This document shows, one piece after another, positions 28,914 to 38,173 of a stretch of DNA of 64,000 nucleotides (position 1 is its first letter; every line of letters begins with the position of its first letter). The translations under genes and the position numbers were made by a program. The notes under the pieces were generated by a model. The model saw only the letters and a list, made by a program, of their open reading frames with translations. It was not told the origin of the DNA and did no database searches. The DNA is taken from positions 156,436 to 220,435 of the forward strand of contig JAHZGC010000002.1 in assembly GCA_019421015.1 (NCBI GenBank), given 5' to 3'. Origin of the DNA: Coriobacteriaceae bacterium (GTDB lineage: Bacteria > Actinomycetota > Coriobacteriia > Coriobacteriales > UMGS124).

Positions 28914-30758
28914 CTACAGCAGCTCGGCGGCTAGGGTCTGGGCCATGCGGTAGCCAAAGGCCATGGCGGTGCTGTAGCCAAAGCCGTAGTGGATGCCGTC
29001 GCGCTCCTCGGGCGAGGCGGTCACGTCGCCGGCGGCGTAGAGGCCCGGGATGGGCTCGCCGGCCTCGTTGAGCAGGTGGGTGTCGACGTCGATGGTAAGG
29101 CCGGCCGTGGTGAGGTAGAAGTTGGGGGTCACCGGGAGCACCCACACGCCGTCGCGCGTCTCGATGTACACGGGCGCCCCCCATGTGCCGGGTGTGGCCT
29201 CGGCCGCGGCGGCGTTGTGGGCCTCGAGCGCGGCGGGGAGGTTGGTCAGCCCCAGGGCCTCCACCGCGGCCTCGACCGAGTCGTAGCGCACGGCCTCCCC
29301 GCGGTCGAAGATGGGGGCGTAGGTCTTCATACCGTAGGACTCGTTGTCGCGGGCCTTGCAGGCCGAGGAGTCGTCGAACACGTAGTAGAAGGTGTCCTCG
29401 TTGGCGGGGTCGAGCTTGACGATCTCACCGTTGGTGTGGCTCACGGCCGAGCCGAGGTCGGTGCCGTTCACGTTCACAAAGAGGCCCGGGGCCGTGTTGC
29501 CGATAAAGGCGAGCTCCACGCCGCTCTTGGCGGTGGCCAGGTAGGCAGGCATGTAGCGGCCGATGCAGGTCATGGGCGAGCCGGCCTCAAGACCCATACG
29601 GATGCCGTCGCCGGTGCTGGCGCTGCAGCAGTTGAAGAACTGGTCGGCGTGGTCAGGGCAGTACTCCTTGAGCATGTCGACGTTCTTGGCAAAGCCGCCC
29701 GAGGTGAGGCATACGGCCTTGGCGTGCACGGTGTACGTGGTGCCGTCGTCGCCTTGGGCGTTGACACCCACGTAGGCGCCGGTTTCGTCCTGGATCAGGT
29801 CGGTCACGGTGGTTGAGTAGATGATCTGGCCGTTGTCGAACTGGTCGATGCGGTTGGCGAGGAACATGGTCTGGTAGCCCGCGCCGCCGCAGTACATGCC
29901 CGGAGCAGACGAGAGGAGCATGCCGTAGGAGGCCGCGCCCTCGTAGGTGCCCAGGGTCATGAAGCCCATGCCGATGGAGCTCATCCAGTCGGCCATCGGC
30001 CCGGCCACGCTGTAGGTCGCGCGCGAGAAGGGCAGCTCGCCGTTGGACACGTCTTCGATGACCTGGGGCTTGAGGCTCTCGATCTTGGCCTCGAGGTCCA
30101 TCATGGCGGTTCCCTCGTAGACGCCCTTCACGTCAAAGGCGCGCTGGCGCTCGGAGCCCACGGCCTGCACGCCGCCCATGGTCATGCTCGCGGAGCCGCC
30201 AGGGATGTCGAGCTTCTCGATCACCACCACAACGAGGCCGTCCTCGACCATGCGGGCCGCGGCCACGAGGCCCGCGGTGCCGCCTCCCACCACCACGACG
30301 TCGGCCTCAAGGTCGACGTGCTCGGTGGAGACGGGCTTCTGTACCGGTGCCGAGAAGGCCTCGACCGAGCGGCCCGAGAGCTCGATGGCCTGGCGCACGG
30401 CCTCCTTGACGGCGCACGAGGTCACGCCCGCGCCGCGCACGTTGGGGACCTCGATGCTCTGGGCGGCCACGATGGCGGCGGGGATGCGGGCGGCCGCATA
30501 GCTGCCGATGCCGATGGTCTCCTCATGGGAGACGACCTGGCAGGCGGTGATGGCGTCGCCGGCGAAGGTGGTGGTGACGTTCACCCAGGTCTCGTGGCCC
30601 ATGGCGCGGGTGGTGAACTGGCCGTCGACGGGCTCGCTGGGAAGCTCGGGGGCGGCGTCGGCCCGGGCGGTTTGGGGTCGGTTGGCCGCGGCGCCGGCGG
30701 CGATGGCGGTGGCGACGCCTGCGGCTGCGGTTACAAAGTTGCGGCGCGTGATGTCCAT
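28914..30758 (-). CDS. Tat-exported flavoprotein reductase with N-terminal FMN_bind domain plus FAD_binding_2
   Basis: The Tat signal is MDITRRNFVTAAAGVATAIAAGAA. The FMN_bind block is VVSHEETIGIGSYAAARIPAAIVAAQSIEVPNVRGAG, the FAD fold is DVVVVGGGTAG, and the C-terminal region is GLYAAGDV. The start at 30758 follows GAGAGGA. Confidence 0.9.
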   Translation of the reverse strand: MDITRRNFVTAAAGVATAIAAGAAANRPQTARADAAPELPSEPVDGQFTTRAMGHETWVNVTTTFAGDAITACQVVSHEETIGIGSYAAARIPAAIVAAQSIEVPNVRGAGVTSCAVKEAVRQAIELSGRSVEAFSAPVQKPVSTEHVDLEADVVVVGGGTAGLVAAARMVEDGLVVVVIEKLDIPGGSASMTMGGVQAVGSERQRAFDVKGVYEGTAMMDLEAKIESLKPQVIEDVSNGELPFSRATYSVAGPMADWMSSIGMGFMTLGTYEGAASYGMLLSSAPGMYCGGAGYQTMFLANRIDQFDNGQIIYSTTVTDLIQDETGAYVGVNAQGDDGTTYTVHAKAVCLTSGGFAKNVDMLKEYCPDHADQFFNCCSASTGDGIRMGLEAGSPMTCIGRYMPAYLATAKSGVELAFIGNTAPGLFVNVNGTDLGSAVSHTNGEIVKLDPANEDTFYYVFDDSSACKARDNESYGMKTYAPIFDRGEAVRYDSVEAAVEALGLTNLPAALEAHNAAAAEATPGTWGAPVYIETRDGVWVLPVTPNFYLTTAGLTIDVDTHLLNEAGEPIPGLYAAGDVTASPEERDGIHYGFGYSTAMAFGYRMAQTLAAELL

Positions 30759-30973
30759 GGACGGGTCCTCTCGTGTTCGGTTGGCTTGGGAATGCGCCGA
30801 ATACGATAGATGCGAGCTGGAGGTTTCGTCCAATAGAGAAAGCTGTGCCCGGTGCGCGGAAAATTCGCGCACCGGGCACGGGGATGAGATGGGGGGTGGG
30901 TTGTGCGGGTTAGGGCAGTCCACAAACATACCGGCGCCTCGTTGCGCTCGGGCTTATGTGCCCTGGCACGCCG

Positions 30974-31396
30974 CTAGCATGCCGCGCCCTCGCGCGCCTT
31001 GCCCGGCAATTCTGCGGACTGCTCTAGCCGCGCGGCGCGCCGGTACTCCGACGGCGTCTGGCCGGTAACCCGCTTGAAGGCGGCCGCGAACTTGCTGGGG
31101 TTGGCGTAGCCCACGGCCAGGGCCGCGGCGGTCACCGGCTGGCCTTGGCCCAGCAGCACGCAGGCCTGCTCCACGCGGCGCTGGCGCAGGTACGAGGCGA
31201 CGGTGGAGCCGTAGAGGCCGAGAAAGTAGTTGTTGAGCGTGGCCGCGCTCACGTTGTGCCGGCGCGCTATGGCGCGGGCGTCGTGGGGGAGGGCCAGGTC
31301 GCTCTCCAGCTCGGCGCGCGTCTGGGCGGCCAAGGCTATCTGCGAGCGGGTGAGCAGGGACCCCGGACGTGCGTGGCGAACATCGCAGGAGGCCAA
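30974..31396 (-). pseudogene. AraC-family HTH domain only (N-terminally truncated)
   Basis: Both HTH_18 helices are present (ARRHNVSAATLNNYFLGLYGSTVASYLRQRRVEQA.. / AAALAVGYANPSKFAAAFKRVTGQTPSEYRR). There is no ligand-binding domain and no ATG in the ORF, only TTG at 31396. Confidence 0.5.
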
Positions 31397-31593
31397 GGCG
31401 AGCGAGAACGAGGGTGCGGGTCCGTCGCGCCTTCCGGGCGGCGCCGGGGAGGGTCTCCGCGGGTGCGGGATTCTCTGGCGGGGCTCTGACCTGGGGTTTT
31501 GCAGGCTTGCTGATGGCGGGCGCCCTCGGGGGCCGAGTGGCCGGGCATCGGAGGCTGTCAGGCGGGTGCCGAGGCGTGGCCCGCGCCTAGCCA

Positions 31594-31880
31594 GAACCCC
31601 CTTTATGCGGAAGCATCTCGGCTTTGGAGGTCGTGGCCGCCCCCGGGGTGTCGGGCCTTGGCCAAGAGCGGCACCCTGCGACCCGTCCGGGGCCGTGCTG
31701 GCCGGCCCGAGCTTTGCGGCCGGGTTGGGGCGGCCGTGGCAGAAATCGGGACTTTGCGACCCGGTTTGGTCTGGCCGGTGCAGTGGGGCTACTGTGTGCG
31801 GGCCTTGTGCCTGCGATGATACTGACTAACCTTTGAGTGCTACCCCAAAAGCGAGTCGCAAAGCTCGGATCTTATCTGCC
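31594..31880. repeat. Repeat cluster: a 28-mer GAACCCCCTTTATGCGGAAGCATCTCGG plus direct and inverted GACTTTGCGAC units
   Basis: The 28-mer at 31594-31621 recurs at 54927-54954 with 3 mismatches. ggcagaaatcgggactttgcgaccc lies at 31738-31762, and its inverted partner gagtcgcaaagctcggatcttatctgcc at 31853-31880. Confidence 0.75.
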
Positions 31881-31908
31881 GTGAATCTCCTGGATACGAC
31901 TCAGGTCA

Positions 31909-32481
31909 TTATTTCTCGCGTTCATAGACGAGCACCTTCTCCCGCTCGATGGCTGCCGCCAGGGTCGCGTTCTTGATGACCTGCGCCGATACGATGTCGA
32001 CGGGACGCCCCGTTTCCTGCTCGATGAGTTTAGAAAGGCAGACCAGGTCATGTAGGTTGAACGGACGGTCCCGGTCGACCTCGATGCGCAGGTCTATGTC
32101 GCTTTCGGGCCGGGCGGTTCCTCGGGCCCATGAGCCGAACAGGTACGCCTTCGAGATGGCGGAAAACTCTTTGCAAATCGAGGCGATCGTTCGTGCGATG
32201 GCGGCGGCTCCGTCAAGATCGCTAGCCTGGCGTAGGGGGTCGTTTTGCAGCAATGCCAGAATCCGGTCAACCTTTTGCTCCAGCGACGTCATGGAGCCGG
32301 GGACCTCCTCGTCGTTAACGGCCGCGAGCCCACGGTCTACAAGCTGCAAAAACGCTTCAGTCCTCGTGATGCCCCGCTTGTCCGCATAGCGCTGCACCTC
32401 TTTGAGCAAGGGGGCTGGAACTCGCACAGAAAGCGGTGTTCGCGCTGGTATGCGCTGTGTCTCGATGCAAAGGGGCTCCAT
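31909..32481 (-). CDS. Ribbon-helix-helix / nucleotidyltransferase (MNT-like) fusion protein
   Basis: The N-terminus LSVRVPAPLLKEVQRYADKRGITRTEAFLQLVDRGL is CopG/RHH-like. The C-terminus YLFGSWARGTARPESDIDLRIEV carries the GS-x10-DxD NTase motif. The start at 32481 has AGGAG upstream. Confidence 0.75.
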   Translation of the reverse strand: MEPLCIETQRIPARTPLSVRVPAPLLKEVQRYADKRGITRTEAFLQLVDRGLAAVNDEEVPGSMTSLEQKVDRILALLQNDPLRQASDLDGAAAIARTIASICKEFSAISKAYLFGSWARGTARPESDIDLRIEVDRDRPFNLHDLVCLSKLIEQETGRPVDIVSAQVIKNATLAAAIEREKVLVYEREK

Positions 32482-32616
32482 GGCGCTCCTGTCTCCGTTT
32501 GAAATACACATGCAATCAAAACGTATGCTTGTAAGCATACATCTCCTGCGGTGTGGATGGAAGCGTCGCCTGAGAGCCCAACTCCCTCCCATCCCCCCGC
32601 TCTGACAACAACCTGC

Positions 32617-32668
32617 ATACTATTTGAGTAGTATTCCCTTGACACCCAATGTACTATCGCAGTAGTAT
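32617..32668 (+). promoter_or_regulatory. BlaI-type operator pair bracketing a TTGACA-18-TAGTAT promoter
   Basis: Dyad 1 is ATACTA-N6-TAGTAT (32617-32634). The -35 is TTGACA (32639-32644). Dyad 2 is TACTA-N6-TAGTA (32652-32667) and overlaps the -10 TAGTAT (32663-32668). The site lies 75 nt upstream of blaI-like ATG 32744. Confidence 0.5.
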
Positions 32669-32743
32669 GGCCGTGTCGTAGGGTGGGGCCGGCGGGAGCC
32701 CGGCACGTCTGCTCCAAGAACAGTTCCAGAAAGGCTGCCAACC

Positions 32744-33103
32744 ATGGAAGCGAAGCTCTTCGATTCCGAGCTCAAGGTCATGGAGGTCCTCTGGCGCGAG
32801 GGGGACTCCACGGCCAAGCGCATCGCCCAGATCCTCGGCGACGAGGTGGGCTGGAACGTGAACACCACGCGCACGGTGATCAAGCGGTGCATCCAGAAGG
32901 GCGCCATCGAGCGAACAGAGCCCAACTTCATGTGCCATGCGCTGATCGCCAAAGAGGAGGTGCAGCAGGCTCAGACCGAGGAGCTCATCAACCGGGTGTA
33001 CGACGGCTCGACCGACAAGCTGTTCGCCGCCCTGCTGAGCCGCACCAAGCTCTCGCCCGAAGAGATCAAGAACCTCAAGTCTATCGTCGACAACCTCGAG
33101 TAG
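32744..33103 (+). CDS. BlaI/MecI/CopY-family transcriptional repressor
   Basis: This 119-aa winged-helix protein starts MEAKLFDSELKVMEVLW..STAKRIAQIL.....WNVNTTRTVIKRCIQKGAI. It sits directly upstream of an M56 sensor gene. Confidence 0.88.
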   Translation: MEAKLFDSELKVMEVLWREGDSTAKRIAQILGDEVGWNVNTTRTVIKRCIQKGAIERTEPNFMCHALIAKEEVQQAQTEELINRVYDGSTDKLFAALLSRTKLSPEEIKNLKSIVDNLE

Positions 33104-33175
33104 CCCGACGGCCTTAGCCGGCCCGACGGCCCCGAGCGACCCAACAACCCCGACTGGTAGGGGAGGCACCCCGCT

Positions 33176-36100
33176 ATGAGCCTGCTGCAGATGACCCTCG
33201 CCGGAGGGGCCATGGTGCTTGCCGTGGTTCTGGCCCGCGCGTTGCTGTTGAACCGACTTCCCAAGGCGACCTTCATCGCGCTGTGGGCGCTCGTGGCGGT
33301 GCGGCTCCTCGTCCCCGTTTCGATTCCGTCCCCCTGGAGCGCGGCCTCGTTGCTGCAGGGCATCGTCCCTGCTCCGGCGGCCATCGCGGCGCTCGACCCT
33401 GCCTACGACGCACGTTCTGCCCGGACCGACTCGCTAGGGGAGAATCCCACGGCATCCGACGGGGTTCTTGCGGCGTCCGACGCGCCTGCAATGAATCCCC
33501 CGACCCCTACGACATCCCCCGCAACTCCTACGACGACCCCCGGCGCCAGCGCATCCCCGGCGGCGGAGAACCCCGCGACCCCCGACGCGGTCCCTACGGC
33601 GACGGACCCCATGAACCCCACCGCATCGACTGCGCCCGCCGAGTCCGATGCCCCCGACGCCCCCGTGGCGGAGAACCCCCGGACCTTTGAGGCCTTCTCC
33701 GCCGCCCTGCCCGTGGTCTGGGCGATGGGGTCGGTGCTGTGCGCTGCCGGCTTTGCGGCGGTCTACCTGCGGTGCCGCCGCGACTTTGCGACGTCGCTGC
33801 CGGTGGACGACCCCCGCGCCCAGGCGTGGCTTGCAGAGAACCGCAGGCAGCTGCGCCGGCCGTTGAGCCTGCGCCGGTCCGACCTCATCTCGACGTCGCT
33901 CACCTACGGTGTGCTGCGTCCGGTGATCCTGGTGCCGCGCGATACCGACTGGTCGCGCGAGGGCGAGGTGCGCTACATGCTGGCCCACGAGCTGGTGCAC
34001 GTGCGGCGCTTCGATGCCCTGACCAAGCTCGTGCTCGTGGCGTGCGTGTGCGTGCACTGGTTCAACCCGCTGGTCTGGGCCATGTACGTGCTCGCCAACC
34101 GCGACCTGGAGCTCTCGTGCGACGAGTGCGTGGTGCGCGGCTTCGGCACCGGCTCGCGCGCCGAGTACGCGCGCACCCTCATTGCTATGGAAGAGACCAA
34201 ATCCGGCCTTGCTCCGCTCTACAGCGGCTTTAGCAAGACCGCTACCGAAGAAAGAATCGTGGCAATCATGCATATCAAGAAGACCTCCCTGCTCGCCGTC
34301 GCGACCTCCGCGTCGCTCGTGGTGGGCATCCCGGCGGCCCTGGCCACCTCGGCCGCCCCGCAGACCCCCGTGCAGCCCGATGACCGGCCGGCGGCCGTGG
34401 CCTCCCTGGCCCCTGTGGTTCCCGTGGCCGCAAGCTCGTCCTTCGACACGAGCGACTGGGCCAGCGTGACGAGCTCGACCTACTACTCCGCCGACGACTG
34501 GGCCCTGGTGCAGGCGCTCAACGTGCCGGGCGTCGAGGATCTCACGGTGGCCGAGTTCACCGACCTGGCGCTCACGGTGGCCGACACCCCTGAGAAGCTC
34601 GACACCCTCATGCGCTTCATGGACGACGCCGACATCGCCGAGCAGGCCTCGACCAACGGGGCGGCCCGCTTCGTGTCGGGCGTCATGGCGCCCACGCTGC
34701 TCGACAGCAGCCGGTTCCCGACGACGGCCGCGAACGACGGCAACGCCGACGCCCACTGGTCCGGCACCGTCACCCTCGTGTCGACCGACGCCGTGGTGAG
34801 CGCCGACGGGCAGGCGGTGCCCTCCGCGCTGGCAAACGCCCTGGCCGAGGGCGGCTACAGCGGCGGCGAGATGTGCTACATGATGAACGCCCACGTGCTC
34901 GACGCCGATGCGCTCACGGTGGGCGAGTACGTGCAGACCATCGAGGATACCCGCAGCGCCGTGAACGCCCTGGCCGACTGGGACCTCGCGCCCAGCTGGG
35001 ACCGCGACACAGGCGAGAAGCTCACGGCGGCTCTGGACGACATCGCCCAGAACGCGTCGAGCGACGACCTGGTTGTCGAGGCGACCTGGTTCTTTGTGGA
35101 CAACGCCGACGGCCAGGTCACCCTGAGCGACGCATGGGGCTCCACCGGGGACGCGGCCGGCGTCGTGACGGCGCTCCAGGAGTCGCTTGCCGCCTACGGC
35201 GCAACGCTCGACGACGGCGATAGCGACATCACCGCGGCGCTGCTCGACAGCTATGCGCCCCTGGGGCTGAGCTACGAGATGAATCCCCTCGACGATGCGC
35301 ACATGCTCACCATGGAGTACGGCGGCTTGCCCGTGCGCAGCGTCTACGACGAGCGCCGCGGCATCTGGATCGCCAACAGCATGAACGAGTTCCGTTTTGG
35401 CGATACGGGCATCGACCTGGTGGCCGTCTACGACGACGACCGGCTGGTGGAGTTGCGGGAGGCCAGCGACGACGAGCAGTCCGACCTCGACGAGCGGCGC
35501 GTGGCGCTCACGGTGGCCGCGGAGTCCGAGGTGACCACGGTGTCGCTGACCCAGGAAGACGACGCTACGGTGGAAGGCAAGACGCCCGCGGCCGTCCCCG
35601 GGTCGGCCGAGGAGTTCGACGCCCTGATCGTCTCGTACGCGCCCTTTGACCTGGTCTACGACGAGACGACGGGCACCTACTACTACCAGGAGGAGCCCGT
35701 GCGCTACCTCTTTGACGGCCAGGTGCTCGAGATGAACGACGACGGCACCGCGGCCAGCTACGTCACCGCCAACGACTATTACAGCGCCGACGGCACGGTG
35801 GACGTCTACGTGGTGCGCGAGACCGAGCGCGGAGTCGACGGCAGCGTGAGCTACATGGGCGACGTCATCGGGGTGGAGAAGTTCTCGAAGGGGCAGGACG
35901 CGCTGCTGCGGGGGCTGATCGACGGGTGCCTCCTGAGGGGTGGCACCGCGCAGACGACGGCTGTCGAGGGCGACGCGGTCGAGACCGCCAAGGGCCTCTC
36001 CGCTAGAAATGGTGCGCCCGAGCTGGTGGCGGGCGACGGCGCCGAGCAGGAGGTGCCTGCGGCTACCGCTGAGGGGAACACCTCCTCTGCGAGGGGCCTC

Positions 36101-36340
36101 ACGGTGGCCGACCGCCTGAAGCCCTTCGAGAAGTACGGGCTGACCTATCGCGACGGGAACCTTTGGCACGGCAGCGACCCGGTGAACGCCTTTGTGGACA
36201 TGAACGACGGCGGGGTCTTCTCGTACGGCTCGAGCGACCAGTACACGAACGGCCTGTACCTGCGTGCCGTCTATGACGAGGACGGCAAGCTCACGGGGCT
36301 TAAGGAGTTCGACCCCACGGCGGTGTTTGGGGAGGAGTAG
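33176..36340 (+). CDS. BlaR1-like M56 peptidase membrane sensor with a long non-PBP C-terminal ectodomain
   Basis: The M56 core is YMLAHELVHVRRFDALTKL..HWFNPLVW, which contains HEXXH. There is a Pro/Thr/Ala-rich insert of about 100 aa after TM1. A TM at aa 369-395 is followed by about 660 acidic residues that hold three copies of a module of about 70 aa. Confidence 0.85.
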   Translation: MSLLQMTLAGGAMVLAVVLARALLLNRLPKATFIALWALVAVRLLVPVSIPSPWSAASLLQGIVPAPAAIAALDPAYDARSARTDSLGENPTASDGVLAASDAPAMNPPTPTTSPATPTTTPGASASPAAENPATPDAVPTATDPMNPTASTAPAESDAPDAPVAENPRTFEAFSAALPVVWAMGSVLCAAGFAAVYLRCRRDFATSLPVDDPRAQAWLAENRRQLRRPLSLRRSDLISTSLTYGVLRPVILVPRDTDWSREGEVRYMLAHELVHVRRFDALTKLVLVACVCVHWFNPLVWAMYVLANRDLELSCDECVVRGFGTGSRAEYARTLIAMEETKSGLAPLYSGFSKTATEERIVAIMHIKKTSLLAVATSASLVVGIPAALATSAAPQTPVQPDDRPAAVASLAPVVPVAASSSFDTSDWASVTSSTYYSADDWALVQALNVPGVEDLTVAEFTDLALTVADTPEKLDTLMRFMDDADIAEQASTNGAARFVSGVMAPTLLDSSRFPTTAANDGNADAHWSGTVTLVSTDAVVSADGQAVPSALANALAEGGYSGGEMCYMMNAHVLDADALTVGEYVQTIEDTRSAVNALADWDLAPSWDRDTGEKLTAALDDIAQNASSDDLVVEATWFFVDNADGQVTLSDAWGSTGDAAGVVTALQESLAAYGATLDDGDSDITAALLDSYAPLGLSYEMNPLDDAHMLTMEYGGLPVRSVYDERRGIWIANSMNEFRFGDTGIDLVAVYDDDRLVELREASDDEQSDLDERRVALTVAAESEVTTVSLTQEDDATVEGKTPAAVPGSAEEFDALIVSYAPFDLVYDETTGTYYYQEEPVRYLFDGQVLEMNDDGTAASYVTANDYYSADGTVDVYVVRETERGVDGSVSYMGDVIGVEKFSKGQDALLRGLIDGCLLRGGTAQTTAVEGDAVETAKGLSARNGAPELVAGDGAEQEVPAATAEGNTSSARGLTVADRLKPFEKYGLTYRDGNLWHGSDPVNAFVDMNDGGVFSYGSSDQYTNGLYLRAVYDEDGKLTGLKEFDPTAVFGEE

Positions 36341-36495
36341 GCACCTCGGAGCTGCGCCTCGGGACCGGCATCCAGGCCTTGGCGTTTGGCGTCGGCGTCC
36401 GATTCGAGTGCCGGGCGCCACCGTTTGGGATTGGCGTATCCGAGCCTTGGCAATCGGGGTCCGCGGGCCGGTCCAAGCATAAAGCCGTAGCGACA

Positions 36496-36542
36496 CCCCG
36501 GCCCTCCCTTGCAGGGAGAGAGGGCCGGGGTATCTTGTTGTG
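36496..36542 (+). terminator. Intrinsic terminator candidate downstream of the BlaR1-like gene
   Basis: An 11-bp stem CCCCGGCCCTC / GAGGGCCGGGG (36496-36506 and 36520-36530) is followed by TATCTTGTTGTG. Confidence 0.5.
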
Positions 36543-36649
36543 TCGATACCGTGCCCGGGCACAGAGGGTTTCTCCCCAGCGGTCTATTCATTTACCATGG
36601 AGGGTTGCATTGGCATAGCTGAGTACGTATTCACAGGAGCAACCATTTT

Positions 36650-37963
36650 ATGCAATCCGTTCTGATTCGCCGTCCCGCGGTGCGCACCTATCTCTCGTAT
36701 ATCCTGCCTTCGGTCATCGCGCTCACGCTCACGAGCATCTATGGCGTGTTCGACGGTATCTTTGTGGGCCACGCCGTGGGCGACGCGGGGTTGGCCGGCA
36801 TCAACGTGGCGTTTCCGCTGCAGACGCTCGTGATGGCCGCGGCCATGGGCATCGGCATGGGCAGCGCGGTGATCTCGTCGGTGGAGAAGGGCAAGGGCGA
36901 TCTGGAGCGCTCGGCCCGGGCCGCCGGCAATGCGTTCGTACTGCTCCTGTGCGCCGCCGTGCCGTTGGCGTTGCTGCTCAACCTGTTCGCGCGGCCCCTG
37001 TGCCAGCTGCTAGGAGGTTCGGGAGAAACCCTGGACCAGGCGGCAGCCTACATCTCGGTCATCGCGTGGGGCGTGCCGTTCCAGGTGTTTGTGGGCGGCA
37101 GCATGGCGCTCATCCGCAACCGCGGCGGCGTGAAGTACGCCATGGTGATCCAGATCCTCTCGGGGCTTATCAACATCGTGCTTGACTACCTCTTTGTGAT
37201 TGAGTTGGGCTTTGGTATCAAGGGTGCGGCGGCGGCCACCGTGATCGGGCAGTGCTTTGCCTTCTGCTCATGCGTGGTGTTCTTTGGCCGCAAGAAGAAC
37301 CGGCTGCCGCGGGCGGCCTTTAAACCCGACGGCAGCCTCATGCGCCACGCCCTGTGGCTGGGGCTGGCCCCCTTTGGCCTCACGCTGCTGCCCGACGCCA
37401 CCGTGGTGGTCATCAACGTGAACGCCAACATGGTAGGCGGCGAGGCGGCCGTGGCCACCTATGCGGTCATCTCGTACGTGGCGTTCATCGCGCAGCTGCT
37501 GATCCAGGGCGTGGCCGATGGCAGCCAGCCGCTGGTGAGCATGCGCCACGGAGGCGGCGACCGCGATGCCGTACGGCGTCTGCGCAACACCAACTACCTG
37601 GTGTGTTTTGGCATCGGCGTGGTGGGGCTGGCGGCGCTGACCCTGCTGAGTCGCCAGGTGCCCGTGCTCTTTGGCGCGTCCGCCGCCACGGTGGAGGCGG
37701 TGGCCCACGCGCTGCCCATCTACTCGGTGTCGTACCTGCTGTACGCGTTCACGCACCCGAGCATCTCGTACTTCTACGCCATCGACGACGCCAAGGCCTC
37801 CACGCGCCTGGTGGTGGGCGAGGCCATGCTCGTGGTGGCGGTGGTCTGCATCATGGCGCGGCTCTGGGGCCTCGACGGCATCTGGTGGTCGGTGACCGTG
37901 GTGCAGGCGTTGCTCGGGGTGCTCGCGCTCGTGGAGCTGCGGAGGGCGCGGGGGAGGGCGTAG
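36650..37963 (+). CDS. MATE-family efflux transporter
   Basis: It has 12 predicted TMs. The N-terminus LSYILPSVIALTLTSIYGVFDGIFVGHAVGDAGLAGINVAFPL is typical of MatE. Confidence 0.88.
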   Translation: MQSVLIRRPAVRTYLSYILPSVIALTLTSIYGVFDGIFVGHAVGDAGLAGINVAFPLQTLVMAAAMGIGMGSAVISSVEKGKGDLERSARAAGNAFVLLLCAAVPLALLLNLFARPLCQLLGGSGETLDQAAAYISVIAWGVPFQVFVGGSMALIRNRGGVKYAMVIQILSGLINIVLDYLFVIELGFGIKGAAAATVIGQCFAFCSCVVFFGRKKNRLPRAAFKPDGSLMRHALWLGLAPFGLTLLPDATVVVINVNANMVGGEAAVATYAVISYVAFIAQLLIQGVADGSQPLVSMRHGGGDRDAVRRLRNTNYLVCFGIGVVGLAALTLLSRQVPVLFGASAATVEAVAHALPIYSVSYLLYAFTHPSISYFYAIDDAKASTRLVVGEAMLVVAVVCIMARLWGLDGIWWSVTVVQALLGVLALVELRRARGRA

Positions 37964-37990
37964 GGGCTGCGTGCGACGCGGGGCGGGGCC

Positions 37991-38150
37991 GGCGGTTTGC
38001 GTGCGACCGGCGGTTTGCGTGCCAAAACGGGGCCGCTGTGTACGCTCGGAAGCGTCAAAACTGGGGCGCCGTGCACGATTTAGGGGAGAAAATCGCGCAC
38101 GGCGGGGTGGTTTTGGCAAGTTCACGCGTACACAGCGGGGTGGTTTTGGC
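37991..38150. repeat. Composite palindromic element (family A): two direct and two inverted GCCAAAAC-N5-CGCTGTGTACGC units
   Basis: The units lie at 38021-38045 (+), 38054-38078 (+), 38093-38117 (inverted) and 38125-38150 (inverted). They are preceded by the tandem ggcggtttgcgtgc x2 (37991 and 38009). The element lies between convergent genes. Confidence 0.85.
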
Positions 38151-38173
38151 ATGCATATTCGACGCGCACACGA

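Noticed and set aside
36605-36633. TTGCAT-17-TATTCA as the promoter of the MATE gene.
   Set aside because: The predicted start site would fall at or after the AGGAG RBS, leaving no functional leader. I do not report it.
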